The notes under the pieces are model-generated. The model made no database searches. It was not told the DNA's origin and was given only the letters and a program-made list of their open reading frames with translations. A program made the translations under genes and the position numbers. Shown here in pieces: positions 47,069 to 57,055 of a DNA stretch of 64,000 nt; position 1 is the stretch's first letter; every line of letters begins with the position of its first letter. Source of the DNA: Candidatus Omnitrophota bacterium (GTDB lineage: Bacteria > Omnitrophota > Gorgyraeia > Gygaellales > Profunditerraquicolaceae); assembly GCA_022710715.1 (NCBI GenBank), contig JAKLGJ010000002.1, positions 17,590-81,589 of the forward strand. The letters are read 5' to 3'.

Positions 47069-47814
47069 CGCGAACGTTGATCGATCATGCAGGCGATATA
47101 TCCTGCGCCGAATCCGTTATTCACATTGACCACGGACACATTGGGCGCGCAGCTGTTGAGCATGGTCAACAGCGGCGCGATCCCGTTGAAATTGGCTCCG
47201 TATCCCACTGCCGAAGGAACAGCGACCACCGGACAGGCGGCCAGGCCGCCGATTACCGACGGCAATACGCCATCCATGCCGGCAACCGCAACGATACAAT
47301 TACTCGCGGCGATGCGCTCGAAACAATCGAGCAAACGATGCAAGCCGGCAACCCCGACATCATAGACTCTCTCCACTTTGCTGCCGAAAGCTTCCGCGGT
47401 CAACGCGGCTTCTTCCGCCACCGGGATATCCGCGGTGCCGGCGCAGACCACGGCGACCGACCCGGTTTTGCGCGTTTTCTTCGCTTCAACCGTGATCACC
47501 CGCGCCTGCGCATTGAACCTGGCCCGGGGATTCGCGTTTTTTATCCGGCGGAATACCCGCTGGTCGGCCCGGGTCAACAGAACATTCTTATGCTTCCTGG
47601 ACAGGGCCTTGAAGATCGCGGCGATCTGCTCTACGGTCTTGCCCTGGCAGAAAATAACCTCGGGCATGCCGGTACGCATCAAACGATGATGGTCTACCTT
47701 GGCAAAGCCCAGGTCCTCGTAAGGCAAATGCCGCAGCTGCTCAAAAGCGTCCTCGACAGAAATCCGTCCGGCCCTGACTTTGCCCAGCAAAGCGGTTATC
47801 TTTTCTTTTTCCAT
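47065..47814 (-). CDS. larB: Nickel-pincer cofactor biosynthesis protein LarB (pyridinium-3,5-biscarboxylic acid mononucleotide synthase).
   Basis: 249 aa. The LarB-type N-terminus (ISVEDAFEQLRHLPYEDLGFAKVDHHR) is followed by a PurE-like domain (VAVVCAGTADIPVAEEAALTAEAFG). Confidence 0.8.
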   Translation of the reverse strand: MEKEKITALLGKVRAGRISVEDAFEQLRHLPYEDLGFAKVDHHRLMRTGMPEVIFCQGKTVEQIAAIFKALSRKHKNVLLTRADQRVFRRIKNANPRARFNAQARVITVEAKKTRKTGSVAVVCAGTADIPVAEEAALTAEAFGSKVERVYDVGVAGLHRLLDCFERIAASNCIVAVAGMDGVLPSVIGGLAACPVVAVPSAVGYGANFNGIAPLLTMLNSCAPNVSVVNVNNGFGAGYIACMIDQRSR

Positions 47815-48605
47815 TTAAAAACCTCGTTCAACGAACCCGATCGATACCCGTCAAGATCAAGACTTACGTATACGAACCCCGTCTTTTTCAGGGCGGCAGA
47901 GATTTTCCCGCGCAGGCGCACAGCCGCGGGGATATCCCGCTGCGCCACTTCTATCCGCGCCACTGTTCCATGCGACCGTACGCGCGCCGATATAATCCCT
48001 GACCTGCGCAGCAGCGCTTCCGCCCGCTCCACCATGGCCAGGCGCTCCGGGGTGATCCGCTCTCCGTAAGGAATACGCGAAGCCAGACAAGCCATCGACG
48101 GCGCATTCCAGGTAGCCAGCCCCAGGGCGCGCGACAGTCTGCGTATATCGTGTTTGGTCAATCCCGCTTCCGCTAACGGGCTGCGTATCCCCAGCTGCGC
48201 CAGCGCCCTGGCGCCGGGACGATACTCCCCGGAATCATCGGCATGAGAAGCATCTATCACCGCGCGCAAACCGCTGGCCCGGGCGACGCGCAACAGTTGT
48301 CCAAAAAGTCTCTTTTTGCAGAAATAACACCGCTGCGGTGAATTGCGCCAGAACTCCCGCGGCACGGCACCCGCGACGACCTGATGGCGCACCCCGAGAT
48401 CCCTGGCGAGGGTTTTCGCCCGGCGCAGCTCGGCTCGCGTGAAAACCACGGAATCGATCGTCACCGCGCGCACCCTGCTTTTAAGAGTATCCGCGGCCAC
48501 GGCCAGCAAAAAGGTGCTGTCCACCCCTCCGGAAAAAGCCAGGAGCGCCGATTGCATATCTTTAAGAATCGCGCGCAGCTTCTCGAGTTTACCGTCTGCG
48601 GTCAT
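47796..48605 (-). CDS. larE: ATP-dependent sacrificial sulfur transferase LarE.
   Basis: 269 aa. The PP-loop AFSGGVDST, the conserved sacrificial Cys context WNAPSMACLASRIPYG, and the C-terminal YVSLDLDGYRSG all closely parallel L. plantarum LarE. Confidence 0.8.
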   Translation of the reverse strand: MTADGKLEKLRAILKDMQSALLAFSGGVDSTFLLAVAADTLKSRVRAVTIDSVVFTRAELRRAKTLARDLGVRHQVVAGAVPREFWRNSPQRCYFCKKRLFGQLLRVARASGLRAVIDASHADDSGEYRPGARALAQLGIRSPLAEAGLTKHDIRRLSRALGLATWNAPSMACLASRIPYGERITPERLAMVERAEALLRRSGIISARVRSHGTVARIEVAQRDIPAAVRLRGKISAALKKTGFVYVSLDLDGYRSGSLNEVFKWKKKR

Positions 48606-49312
48606 GGGGTAAATCTTCTCTGGATGGCGTTCCGGGTCAAGTAAGGCAAGATCGCGCGATATACCCGGTGCGCGAAAATGGTGTATCCGTCGGCATTAAG
48701 ATGAAAATGGTCTTTGCTGGTAAAGGCAGGGTTGCCGATCAACCCCTCAAGCAGCCGGGGGATGAATATCGTTTTGTATTTCCGGCTCAAAGCGCGGTAT
48801 CCCCTGCCGTAATCCGCCATCAGCTCGCCGGCGCTGATATCGACCAGCGCTACCATCGCGCCCCGGGCCTGGATCGCCTGGATCATCAACTCCACGTTCT
48901 TGACGCTCTGCTCGGGGGTCAACTCGCCCAGCAGAAAATCATTCGCGCCCAGTTCAATGATAACCAGCAGCGGTTCGCGCTCCAGCACATCCGTCTTGAG
49001 CCGCCTGGCCGCGTCAACCGTAGCGTCCCCTTCCAGACCGGCGTTTATCACGCTGTAGCGGGTCAGCCTTTTAAGCATGTCCGGATAGGATTGGCCGGCA
49101 GGGGCGCCGAACCCCTGGGTCAGGCTGTCGCCGAAACAGATAATGTTCTCGCCGCGCGAATTAATGTTGGCGATATCAACCCGGACGCAGCCGGAAAAAA
49201 CACTAACCAGAGCTATAGTCATAGCTACGCCGACGAACAGGTATAAGCTGAAGACGACCGCTTTATTTTTCATATTCATAGCGCAAACGCAATTGCCCGC
49301 ACGCCGCTTCAA
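48602..49312 (-). CDS. SGNH/GDSL family hydrolase (arylesterase-like).
   Basis: Signal/TM N-terminus, then ICFGDSLTQG (GDSL block I), GANDF, and a DHFHLN catalytic His block. Confidence 0.7.
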   Translation of the reverse strand: MKRRAGNCVCAMNMKNKAVVFSLYLFVGVAMTIALVSVFSGCVRVDIANINSRGENIICFGDSLTQGFGAPAGQSYPDMLKRLTRYSVINAGLEGDATVDAARRLKTDVLEREPLLVIIELGANDFLLGELTPEQSVKNVELMIQAIQARGAMVALVDISAGELMADYGRGYRALSRKYKTIFIPRLLEGLIGNPAFTSKDHFHLNADGYTIFAHRVYRAILPYLTRNAIQRRFTP

Positions 49313-50303
49313 TGTCCTGCCCGCGCGATTTTCGCAAAGTCACGCGCACGCCGGACTTGACCAGCGCGTCGCGGAAGAACAGGATATCCAGCTTTTGCGG
49401 AGGCTGGAGGCCGGCGGAAACGCCGGCATTCATCGGGATCAGATTAACCTTGGCATCGAACCCTTCCAGTATTCTACCTAATTTCCGGGCATCTGCCAAT
49501 GAAGAATTTACTCCGCTGATAAGAATATACTCGAAGGTCACCTGCCGGCCGGTCTGTTTATTATAGTGTCGGCAGGCGGCGATCAACTCTTTAAGCGGAT
49601 ACCGCTTGTTCACCGGCATCAGCCGCGAGCGGGTGGCGTCGTCAGCCGCGTGCAGAGAAACCGACAATTCGATCTGCAACCGTTCCCCAGCCAGTCGTTC
49701 CAGCGCCGGCACGATGCCGCAGGTGGAAATAGTTATCCTGCGGGCGCCGATATGCAGCGTATCCTCGGAATTGGCCATCCGTATGGCTTTGAGGACATTG
49801 TCATAATTATCCAGCGGCTCCCCCGTGCCCATGAACACCAGATGGGTCAACTCGCGGGCAGCGCTCTGAAATTTGAGAAAAGCGATCTGGTCGAGCATCT
49901 CGCCGCAGGTGAGATCGCGTTGGAACCCGGCCTGACCGCTGCAACAAAAAACGCAGGCGAACTTACAACCGGCCTGGCTGGAGATGCACCCGGTCACCCG
50001 GTTATCCGCCGGGATACTTACCGCTTCGATCAGCTGGGAATCGGGAAGTCTGAAGAGACATTTCTCGGTCCCGTCGCGCGCAAGCCTTTTTTCAACCAGG
50101 CTCAAGGCGGAAATGCGCGCCGCGGCTTCAAGCTTGCGCCGTAAAGAAACCGGCACATTGTTCATGGCCGCATAATCCAGCACGCCCGTGCGGTAGATCC
50201 AGGAAAAGATCTGCCGCGCCCGGAATGCGGGTTCCTGCCATTGAGCCAGAAGCTGCTCCAGCTCCTGGAGCGTAAGTTCCTTCAGATGCACCATAGGATT
50301 CAT
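49263..50303 (-). CDS. rlmN: 23S rRNA/tRNA m2A methyltransferase RlmN (radical SAM).
   Basis: 346 aa with the CKFACVFC radical SAM cluster motif, GTGEPLDNY, and the N-terminal ELTLQELEQLLAQWQEPAFRARQIFSWIY typical of RlmN/Cfr. Confidence 0.8.
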   Translation of the reverse strand: MNPMVHLKELTLQELEQLLAQWQEPAFRARQIFSWIYRTGVLDYAAMNNVPVSLRRKLEAAARISALSLVEKRLARDGTEKCLFRLPDSQLIEAVSIPADNRVTGCISSQAGCKFACVFCCSGQAGFQRDLTCGEMLDQIAFLKFQSAARELTHLVFMGTGEPLDNYDNVLKAIRMANSEDTLHIGARRITISTCGIVPALERLAGERLQIELSVSLHAADDATRSRLMPVNKRYPLKELIAACRHYNKQTGRQVTFEYILISGVNSSLADARKLGRILEGFDAKVNLIPMNAGVSAGLQPPQKLDILFFRDALVKSGVRVTLRKSRGQDIEAACGQLRLRYEYEK

Positions 50304-51586
50304 TCCTGCATGGACCGCAACCCCAGCACGCTGTAAAAAACTTCATGCGTGGGCATATGCTCGACTGTCCGGACTTCCCTGATCCGGCGGCTGAAAAACA
50401 GAATGATCAGAAACCGCGCCGTGCCGGACAGCAAGAACAGGGTTAATAGTTTGTAGCCGAACAATGGCGGCAGGTGCCGGCCCAGGAAACCGCCGGTCAG
50501 CGCCCCGAGAAAAATCGATAACCCGGTAAAAAAGGTGTAATACGCGCTGCAACGGGTGCGCTTGGCCGGCGTCACCGCATCGTAAATAAAGTTGATGGCG
50601 CAAAGATTGAATCCCGCCCAGGCGATACCGCTGATAATCTGGATCAGCCCGAGAAATACCGGATGGCGGTAGATCACCCAGAAAAAGGGCAGGCTGGCGA
50701 TAAAAAACGCCGTACTACGCACCACCTTCAGGTTGCCGACTTTATCCGCAAGTTTTCCCCAGCGTTGAATGGTGAAAAAAGTGGCCACGCTCACCAGGGT
50801 GATCAGTACGGTATAGGTCAGATAATTGAACCGCAGGTCGCGCAGCATGAATACCGAAAAGAACGGCGCGGCCAGATTCACGGAGAACGTCAGGCCGGAG
50901 ACGAAAAAAACGAACTGCGCGAAATTCGAAGACGGGGCGCGGCGCACAAAGTCGCTCAAGCTGAAATACGCGTCGTGCGGCACGTGCCGTTTCGGCTCGT
51001 GCATCCGGGTCAAAAAATGCCAGGACGCGAACCGGCTGGCCGCGGCGATCGAAAAAACGATCAGAAATCCTTTGAGCACATTGAGCCGGAAGATGTGCAG
51101 TACCAGGCCCGCGACAAACAGAAAAAAGATCTGCACCGCGCCCAGTACTTTGTTCCTCCAGCCGAAATACCTGCCGCGGCGGGCCCGGGGCAAATGATCC
51201 GACATCATGCTCATCCAGGCCGGAGTGGCGATAGCATTACAGGCGGCGAACAGGCTGACGAACACGATCAGGGCCGCTATCTGATGGCTGCGAAAGAGGT
51301 ACGGAATGAGGATGATCGGGATCCCCATGCACGCCTGCAGAAAAACGAACCGGGTCACTATTTTTTTGCGGCTCCCCACCTTCTCGGTAAGATCGGGCGC
51401 GAAAAAATAGGCCACTGCGACCGCCAGGTTCTGCGCGGCGGTAAGCAGGCCGATTTGCGAAAGATTGGCTTTCAAAGCCAGAGCATACGGAGTAATGTAC
51501 TCTGCGGTCAAACCCAGCATACAGGACGAGAACACCCCGTCCCAGAGAGAAATGACAAGACTCTTTTTGAGAATATGCGGTTTCAT
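50300..51586 (-). CDS. MFS transporter.
   Basis: 428 aa, 12 predicted TM helices, with an MFS-like GRxxDRxGRR-type loop (LPRARRGRYFGW). Confidence 0.7.
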   Translation of the reverse strand: MKPHILKKSLVISLWDGVFSSCMLGLTAEYITPYALALKANLSQIGLLTAAQNLAVAVAYFFAPDLTEKVGSRKKIVTRFVFLQACMGIPIILIPYLFRSHQIAALIVFVSLFAACNAIATPAWMSMMSDHLPRARRGRYFGWRNKVLGAVQIFFLFVAGLVLHIFRLNVLKGFLIVFSIAAASRFASWHFLTRMHEPKRHVPHDAYFSLSDFVRRAPSSNFAQFVFFVSGLTFSVNLAAPFFSVFMLRDLRFNYLTYTVLITLVSVATFFTIQRWGKLADKVGNLKVVRSTAFFIASLPFFWVIYRHPVFLGLIQIISGIAWAGFNLCAINFIYDAVTPAKRTRCSAYYTFFTGLSIFLGALTGGFLGRHLPPLFGYKLLTLFLLSGTARFLIILFFSRRIREVRTVEHMPTHEVFYSVLGLRSMQE

Positions 51587-52230
51587 CGTGTCCGGCGTTG
51601 TGCGCGCATGCGCCTGCGCAATGCCGCATCCAGCCCGTCGCAGATATTCCGTTTGAACAGCCTGGCCACAGCCACGATGTGCACGGCCGACTCCAGCGTC
51701 TCGATCCGGAAAAAAGCGTCCTCAAACCGGTCGGCGACAGCCACGACCCCGTGATTCTGCAATACTACCAGCTTATTCCGCTTTAAGGCTTCGATCACCG
51801 GCTGCGGATCGGTGACCGTCACCGTCTTCTGGGGAATGACCGGCACCTCCCCCAGGCAGAATCTCGTTTCGTGTATCAATTCTTTGAGCGACGGATAGAC
51901 GGCAAAATACGCGTTGGTCAGGGGCGGATGGCAGTGGATGATCTTCTGGTCCGGGAGCGACCGGTAGATCAGGCTATGCATGGGCAACTCGGAGCTGGGC
52001 GCGCGACGGCGCGATACGCCCCGATGCCCCCGGCTCGATAGATCGACTTTGACGATATCCGCTGCGGATAACGCGCCGAGGGCGGATCCGGTTGCGGTAA
52101 TGAGCAGGCTCGCCGGGCCCAGGCGGCTGCTGATATTGCCGGAGCGGCCGACCACCAGAAAACGGTCATAGAGATTCTTGCCTACGGCAACGATCTCGCG
52201 CGAACAGTTACGTTCTTTTTCTATGGCCAT
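51583..52230 (-). CDS. Class II aldolase/adducin family protein.
   Basis: 215 aa with the fold motifs of L-fuculose-1-phosphate aldolase or MTRu-1-P dehydratase (GNISSR, HCHPP, LQNHGVVAV). Confidence 0.7.
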   Translation of the reverse strand: MAIEKERNCSREIVAVGKNLYDRFLVVGRSGNISSRLGPASLLITATGSALGALSAADIVKVDLSSRGHRGVSRRRAPSSELPMHSLIYRSLPDQKIIHCHPPLTNAYFAVYPSLKELIHETRFCLGEVPVIPQKTVTVTDPQPVIEALKRNKLVVLQNHGVVAVADRFEDAFFRIETLESAVHIVAVARLFKRNICDGLDAALRRRMRAQRRTR

Positions 52231-52636
52231 GGCTGCCTTTCGTGTGACGGACGGCGCGGCCGCGTTTTTCCTGCGCTTTGATCCGGTTCCAGTTATCGAT
52301 AATTTCCTTCGTCGAATTCACTTTGAGCGTGCCGAACACATGCGGATGACGACGTTTGATCTTGCGGATCAGCCCGTCGATCACGTCTTCGATGTCGAAC
52401 GCCTTGCGCTTGCTGGCGATCTGGGCATTGAACATGACATGCAGGAGTATATCGCCCAATTCCTCGCGCATATGCTGCGGATCCCGTTTCTCCACCGCTT
52501 CGATATACTCCTCGACTTCCTCGCGCAGATCGGGGATAAGACTGCGATGCGTCTGTTTCTTGTCCCACAGGCACCCCCGCGGACCGTGCAGGGTTTCAAA
52601 AACTTCCTTCAATGCGAGAAATTTGGTTTTGCCCAT
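52208..52636 (-). CDS. mazG: MazG-like nucleoside triphosphate pyrophosphohydrolase.
   Basis: 142 aa with the EEVEEYIEAV...EELGDILLHV EExxE..ExGD MazG motif. It overlaps the aldolase gene by 23 nt. Confidence 0.8.
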   Translation of the reverse strand: MGKTKFLALKEVFETLHGPRGCLWDKKQTHRSLIPDLREEVEEYIEAVEKRDPQHMREELGDILLHVMFNAQIASKRKAFDIEDVIDGLIRKIKRRHPHVFGTLKVNSTKEIIDNWNRIKAQEKRGRAVRHTKGSHGHRKRT

Positions 52637-52641
52637 GCTCT

Positions 52642-53520
52642 CTACTCCTGCTGTCGTTCATCGTTGAGCTCATATCCTTTGGCCAGCAGATATCCTCTGG
52701 CGCGTTCTGCGTGACGGTAACGGTTGACCAGCGCCCAGAATGCCGGAGAATGGTCCGGCTGCACCAGATGGGCCAATTCGTGAATGAGCACGTAATCCCT
52801 GACCCAGACAGGCATCTCGGCGACATGATGCGCGACCCGGATAGCGCGCGCCCGGTAATCGCAGCAGCCGAACTTGCTGAATTGATCGGTCACGTATTCG
52901 ATGCGATTGAGTTTGAGCGCGCCGTTAAAGTATTGCTTATTCAATGCTGCGGCGACCTGCGCCAGATCGTGTCGCGCATTCAATTGCTTCTTGAGCAACT
53001 TACGCTGCAGCTTCCCGGTGAAACCGGCGATAATCTCTTTCAGTTTGGCCTCGGAAATGGTGTGCGGAACGCGCACTTCCATGGTAGTGGCCTCGAAGCG
53101 CGCGGTCACGGTACGCCGGCGGCGCGAGCTGCGGATCACTTTCACCGTCTCGATCACGGCATCTCCACGGGCAGGCGACTTCTGTCTACCCCGCACATGC
53201 ACCGCCAGCCAGACGGTTTTGTTCCGGTTATCGGTCCGCTCTACCCGGTGGCGCGCAAGCGCCGGAATATACAGATAGTCGCCGGCGGCCAGGTTCAGCG
53301 GCCGGGGTTCGCCCTCAAACGACAACTGCGCCGTGCCGGCAAGCACCATCACCCATTCCCCGGTTTCCTGCTGCAGCCACTCTCCGTCGGGCGTGCGCTG
53401 GCCGAAAGATACGATGCGTTCAATCTTGACTTCCTGCTGTTCCAGCAGGGTCGTGAACTGTTCTTTATCCGGCGCGGCGGGCGCCGAACGGAAGATATTC
53501 GCCGGTTGCGGGGTATTCAT
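52642..53520 (-). CDS. Fusion protein: N-terminal cupin domain plus C-terminal DUF45/YgjP-like (M48/WLM-type) zinc metallopeptidase domain.
   Basis: Residues about 30-110 form a cupin barrel (GEWVMVLAGTAQLSFEG...GDYLYIPALARHRVE). The C-terminus has HELAHLVQPDHSPAFW, the HExxH...HS..FW signature of the YgjP/DUF45 family. Confidence 0.6.
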   Translation of the reverse strand: MNTPQPANIFRSAPAAPDKEQFTTLLEQQEVKIERIVSFGQRTPDGEWLQQETGEWVMVLAGTAQLSFEGEPRPLNLAAGDYLYIPALARHRVERTDNRNKTVWLAVHVRGRQKSPARGDAVIETVKVIRSSRRRRTVTARFEATTMEVRVPHTISEAKLKEIIAGFTGKLQRKLLKKQLNARHDLAQVAAALNKQYFNGALKLNRIEYVTDQFSKFGCCDYRARAIRVAHHVAEMPVWVRDYVLIHELAHLVQPDHSPAFWALVNRYRHAERARGYLLAKGYELNDERQQE

Positions 53521-53586
53521 CGGGTTCTATTATACTACTCTTTAGGAAAAGGTACGCAAGAAAAGTGACGCGTGGCGACAGAGGTG

Positions 53587-53892
53587 TTATTCGGTGACGG
53601 CTTCCACCGGCAGGACAAATGCTTTGATGCCTTCTTTGCCCAGCGTGGAACGCAGTTGCTGCGACAAGGCGATCAGTTGCTTCGCTTCCGCATCGGTGCA
53701 GCCGATCATTAAAAGATTGTTGCGGCCGGGCCAGATATCGTCGCCCATATGCGTACCGGAAGAGCTTCCCTTGCCGAAGATCCCGGGGATCTTGGTAAAA
53801 TTATCCAGGGCACAGGCCTGCCCCAGGATCTCCATGACTTCGGCGTCGATGGCTTCGTTATAAGCGATATAGACCATTTTTGTTATCTTCAT
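53587..53892 (-). CDS. Small hypothetical protein co-transcribed downstream of the RND pump.
   Basis: About 100 aa, MKITKMVYIAYNEAIDAEVMEIL... It could be a PII-like or DUF3240-like accessory protein; I cannot confirm the fold from sequence alone. Confidence 0.3.
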   Translation of the reverse strand: MKITKMVYIAYNEAIDAEVMEILGQACALDNFTKIPGIFGKGSSSGTHMGDDIWPGRNNLLMIGCTDAEAKQLIALSQQLRSTLGKEGIKAFVLPVEAVTE

Positions 53893-56800
53893 GTCGCCTC
53901 CGCGGGCTTGTCGCACTTTCTCACCTTGACCGCGCCGGCGGCTTTGCGATGGAACACCGAGTAGAGCGTCGGCACGAAGAGCATGGTAATGAAGGTGGAT
54001 ACGATCAGGCCGCCGACCATGCTGATACCGATCGGCTGCCAGGTTTCCGATCCTTCTCCCTGGGAAACGGCCAGCGGCAACAGGCCGACCAGCGTAGTGA
54101 TGGTGGTCATCAAAACCGGCCGCAAGCGGTCCTTTCCTCCCTGGGTGACCGCATCATACAGTGAATTACCCCGGGCGCGCAGGATATTGATGTAACTGAT
54201 CAGTACGATAGCGTTATTCACCACGATGCCCATCAGCATGACCATGCCCAGGAAAGAAAGCACGTTCAAGGTCATGCCCGTGACCACAAAAGCCCAGATC
54301 ACGCCGGTGAAGGTGAACGGAATGGAGAACATGATGATAAAAGGATCCAGGAGCGATTCGAACTGCGCGGCAATGACCATGTACACCAGGACGATCCCCA
54401 GAGAGAGCAGGATAATCAGATCGGCGAACGCTTTTTTCTGCTCTTCCGCCTCGCCGCCGAAATTGATGATCATATCCGACGGAACGGTTAACCTGGCCAT
54501 TTCCCGTTTGATATCCTCGATGATCTTGCCGCTGGAACGGTTAAGCGTATTGGCTTCCACCCGGACCACGCGTTCGCGGTTCTTGCGCTCGATCGACAAC
54601 GGGCCGGTAGTCTCGTATATCCTGGCGAAACTGGAAAGCTTGACTTGTTTTCCCGTGGCCGGGGCAGTCAACATTAAATTTTCCACATCCTCGAGCCGGG
54701 TGCGCGAAGACTCTTCCAGACGCACGTAAATATCGTAGGTCCGGCCCTTCTCCCGGTACTTGCTGGCGCTCGAACCTTCGATGAACGTCTTGATATTCTT
54801 GGCCACCGACTCCATATTCAATCCGAGACTGGCTGCCCGTTCGCGATCCACGGCGATTTTGATCTCGGGACGGCTGGCGTCGCGCGAAATCGCCGTATCC
54901 ACAGCCCCGGGGACGGACTCGACGATCCGCTTGATCTTCTCCGCCAGCATATTGGTGTCTTCGAAAGAATTGCCGATGATCTCTATCTGTATGGACTTGC
55001 CCCCGCCGCCCAGGATCATGCGATTGACCATGCTTCCCGTAGAGACGTCCACCTTCTCCACCCCGGGGATCCTGCGCACCTGCGCGCGTATAGCCTGTCC
55101 GATTACCTTGTCCGACTGGCTGCGCTCGATCTTTTTGACCAGCTTCAACCCGGCATAGACCACGTGTGACCCCGATGCCTGGCCGGTAGCCCGGCCGATA
55201 CCCTGGACCTGTCCGCTGCGCACATAGCTGAACCTCTTTTCTTTGATCGTATCGAAAATGTCCTCGATCTTCCTGGCGACCTTATCGGATTCCTCCATGC
55301 GCGTGCCAATGGGCAGCTTGACCGTAACCTGCAGATCCCCGGTATCCTCCTGGGGGATGAATTCATTGCCTACCGTCTGCGTCAGCAACAGCGAAGCGAA
55401 GAAAACGACGGTAAAGCCGATCAACACCGATTTTTTATGCCGCAAGCACCAGCCGAGAGTTTTTCCATAAATGTTTTCCCCCCCGACGATGATCTTTTCC
55501 ACGGCGTTGTAAATGCCGGAGAATATCCCGCGTTTCCTGGTGACGCCGGTCGTCGAAACAGGTTTAAGCCATTGCGAACAGAGCATCGGGCTGAACGTCC
55601 CGGCGGTAAACAGCGAAGCCAGCAACGTCGCGGTGATGATCGCCGCGAGTTCCGAGAACATTACTCCCACCACGCCGGTAATAAAGAACATGGGCAGGAA
55701 AACGACGATCGTGGTCAACGTTGAAGCGGCGATGGACAAAAACATTTCGTTGGTGCCGAACATGGCCGCTTCGGTCGCGCGCTGGCCGCGCTCCAGCTTG
55801 CGGAAAACGTTATCCACCACCACGATGGCATTATCCACCACCATCCCTGATGCGATGGCCATGGAAGACAGGCTGATGACATTGATCGTTTTGCCGCTCA
55901 AGAACAGATACAGGAAGGTGATCAACAAAGAGAACGGGATGGTCAGGGCGATGATCATACTGGGCAGGAACTGCCGCAGGAAGAACCAGACCACGAAAAC
56001 GACCAGCACGATGGCCAGCCAGAGAGAATCGCTTAACGAACGCAAAGCGAGAATAATATCTTCGGAGGTATCGAAAACGACCTCTGCCTTGACGTCGTCG
56101 GGCATTGTTTTCATCAGCTCCTGGAATTTTTTCTGGACCCTGGCCGCGACTTCGACCGTATTCGTGCCGGTCTGCTTCTGCACCATCATGGTCAATCCCT
56201 GCTTGCGATCGATGCGCACGATAGTGGCAACTTCTTTGAACGCATCCTCGATGCGGGCCACGTCGCGCAGATAAACGACCTTGCCGCCGCGCGTACCCAG
56301 GATCACGCTCTTGATCTCTTCCGGGGTGGCGAATTCGCCCGGCAGTCGCAGCAGGTAATCCGTCAATCCCGTCTTGAGATTCCCCACGGGCAGGGTAACG
56401 TTCTCCCGGTCCAGGGCAGACTGAATGTCTCCGGGGGAGAACCCGTATCCTTCGAGTTTCGACCGGTCCAGCCAGATATTGATCTGTCGCTCCAGCCCTC
56501 CGTGCAGCTGCACCGTGCCCACGCCGGCTAGCTGTTTCAAAGCATCGCAGATGCGCCGATCCACCAGATCGTACAGCTCGGCGTAGCTGCGGTCCGCTTT
56601 GAAACCGTACACCATGATAGGCATATTCGCGGTATTGAATTTCCACAAGAACGGTGTGGATATTTCGTCGGGAATGTCGGGCAGAGAAGGTTTGGCCTGA
56701 TCGATGCGGTCGCGCACGTCGTTGGAAGCTTCGTCCACGTTAGTGCCCCATTTGAAGAGCAAAGTCACCGTGGAGATGCCTTCGGCAGAAGTGGAAGTGA

Positions 56801-57038
56801 TCTTATCCAATCCGGGAGTGATCGCCAGCTGGTTTTCCAGCGGCTCGGTCACTTTGATCTCCACGTCCTCGGGGCTGGCCCCGGGATACGCGGTGATCAC
56901 GGATATCGCGGGCGATTCAATGGTGGGCATCATGTCCACGCCGAGCCTGCTCATGGCGTAGAGAGAAACGATGATCAATGCCAGAAAGATCATCAGGTTG
57001 GTTACCGGTTTTTTAACGCCGAATTCGGCAAGATTCAT
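53889..57038 (-). CDS. RND efflux transporter permease (AcrB-like, HAE1-type).
   Basis: 1049 aa, 12 TM helices with two large periplasmic loops. The N-terminus has the PTIESPAISVITAYPGASPEDVE pattern of AcrB-family pumps. Confidence 0.9.
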   Translation of the reverse strand: MNLAEFGVKKPVTNLMIFLALIIVSLYAMSRLGVDMMPTIESPAISVITAYPGASPEDVEIKVTEPLENQLAITPGLDKITSTSAEGISTVTLLFKWGTNVDEASNDVRDRIDQAKPSLPDIPDEISTPFLWKFNTANMPIMVYGFKADRSYAELYDLVDRRICDALKQLAGVGTVQLHGGLERQINIWLDRSKLEGYGFSPGDIQSALDRENVTLPVGNLKTGLTDYLLRLPGEFATPEEIKSVILGTRGGKVVYLRDVARIEDAFKEVATIVRIDRKQGLTMMVQKQTGTNTVEVAARVQKKFQELMKTMPDDVKAEVVFDTSEDIILALRSLSDSLWLAIVLVVFVVWFFLRQFLPSMIIALTIPFSLLITFLYLFLSGKTINVISLSSMAIASGMVVDNAIVVVDNVFRKLERGQRATEAAMFGTNEMFLSIAASTLTTIVVFLPMFFITGVVGVMFSELAAIITATLLASLFTAGTFSPMLCSQWLKPVSTTGVTRKRGIFSGIYNAVEKIIVGGENIYGKTLGWCLRHKKSVLIGFTVVFFASLLLTQTVGNEFIPQEDTGDLQVTVKLPIGTRMEESDKVARKIEDIFDTIKEKRFSYVRSGQVQGIGRATGQASGSHVVYAGLKLVKKIERSQSDKVIGQAIRAQVRRIPGVEKVDVSTGSMVNRMILGGGGKSIQIEIIGNSFEDTNMLAEKIKRIVESVPGAVDTAISRDASRPEIKIAVDRERAASLGLNMESVAKNIKTFIEGSSASKYREKGRTYDIYVRLEESSRTRLEDVENLMLTAPATGKQVKLSSFARIYETTGPLSIERKNRERVVRVEANTLNRSSGKIIEDIKREMARLTVPSDMIINFGGEAEEQKKAFADLIILLSLGIVLVYMVIAAQFESLLDPFIIMFSIPFTFTGVIWAFVVTGMTLNVLSFLGMVMLMGIVVNNAIVLISYINILRARGNSLYDAVTQGGKDRLRPVLMTTITTLVGLLPLAVSQGEGSETWQPIGISMVGGLIVSTFITMLFVPTLYSVFHRKAAGAVKVRKCDKPAEAT

Positions 57039-57055
57039 TATGCATCCTCTGTCGG

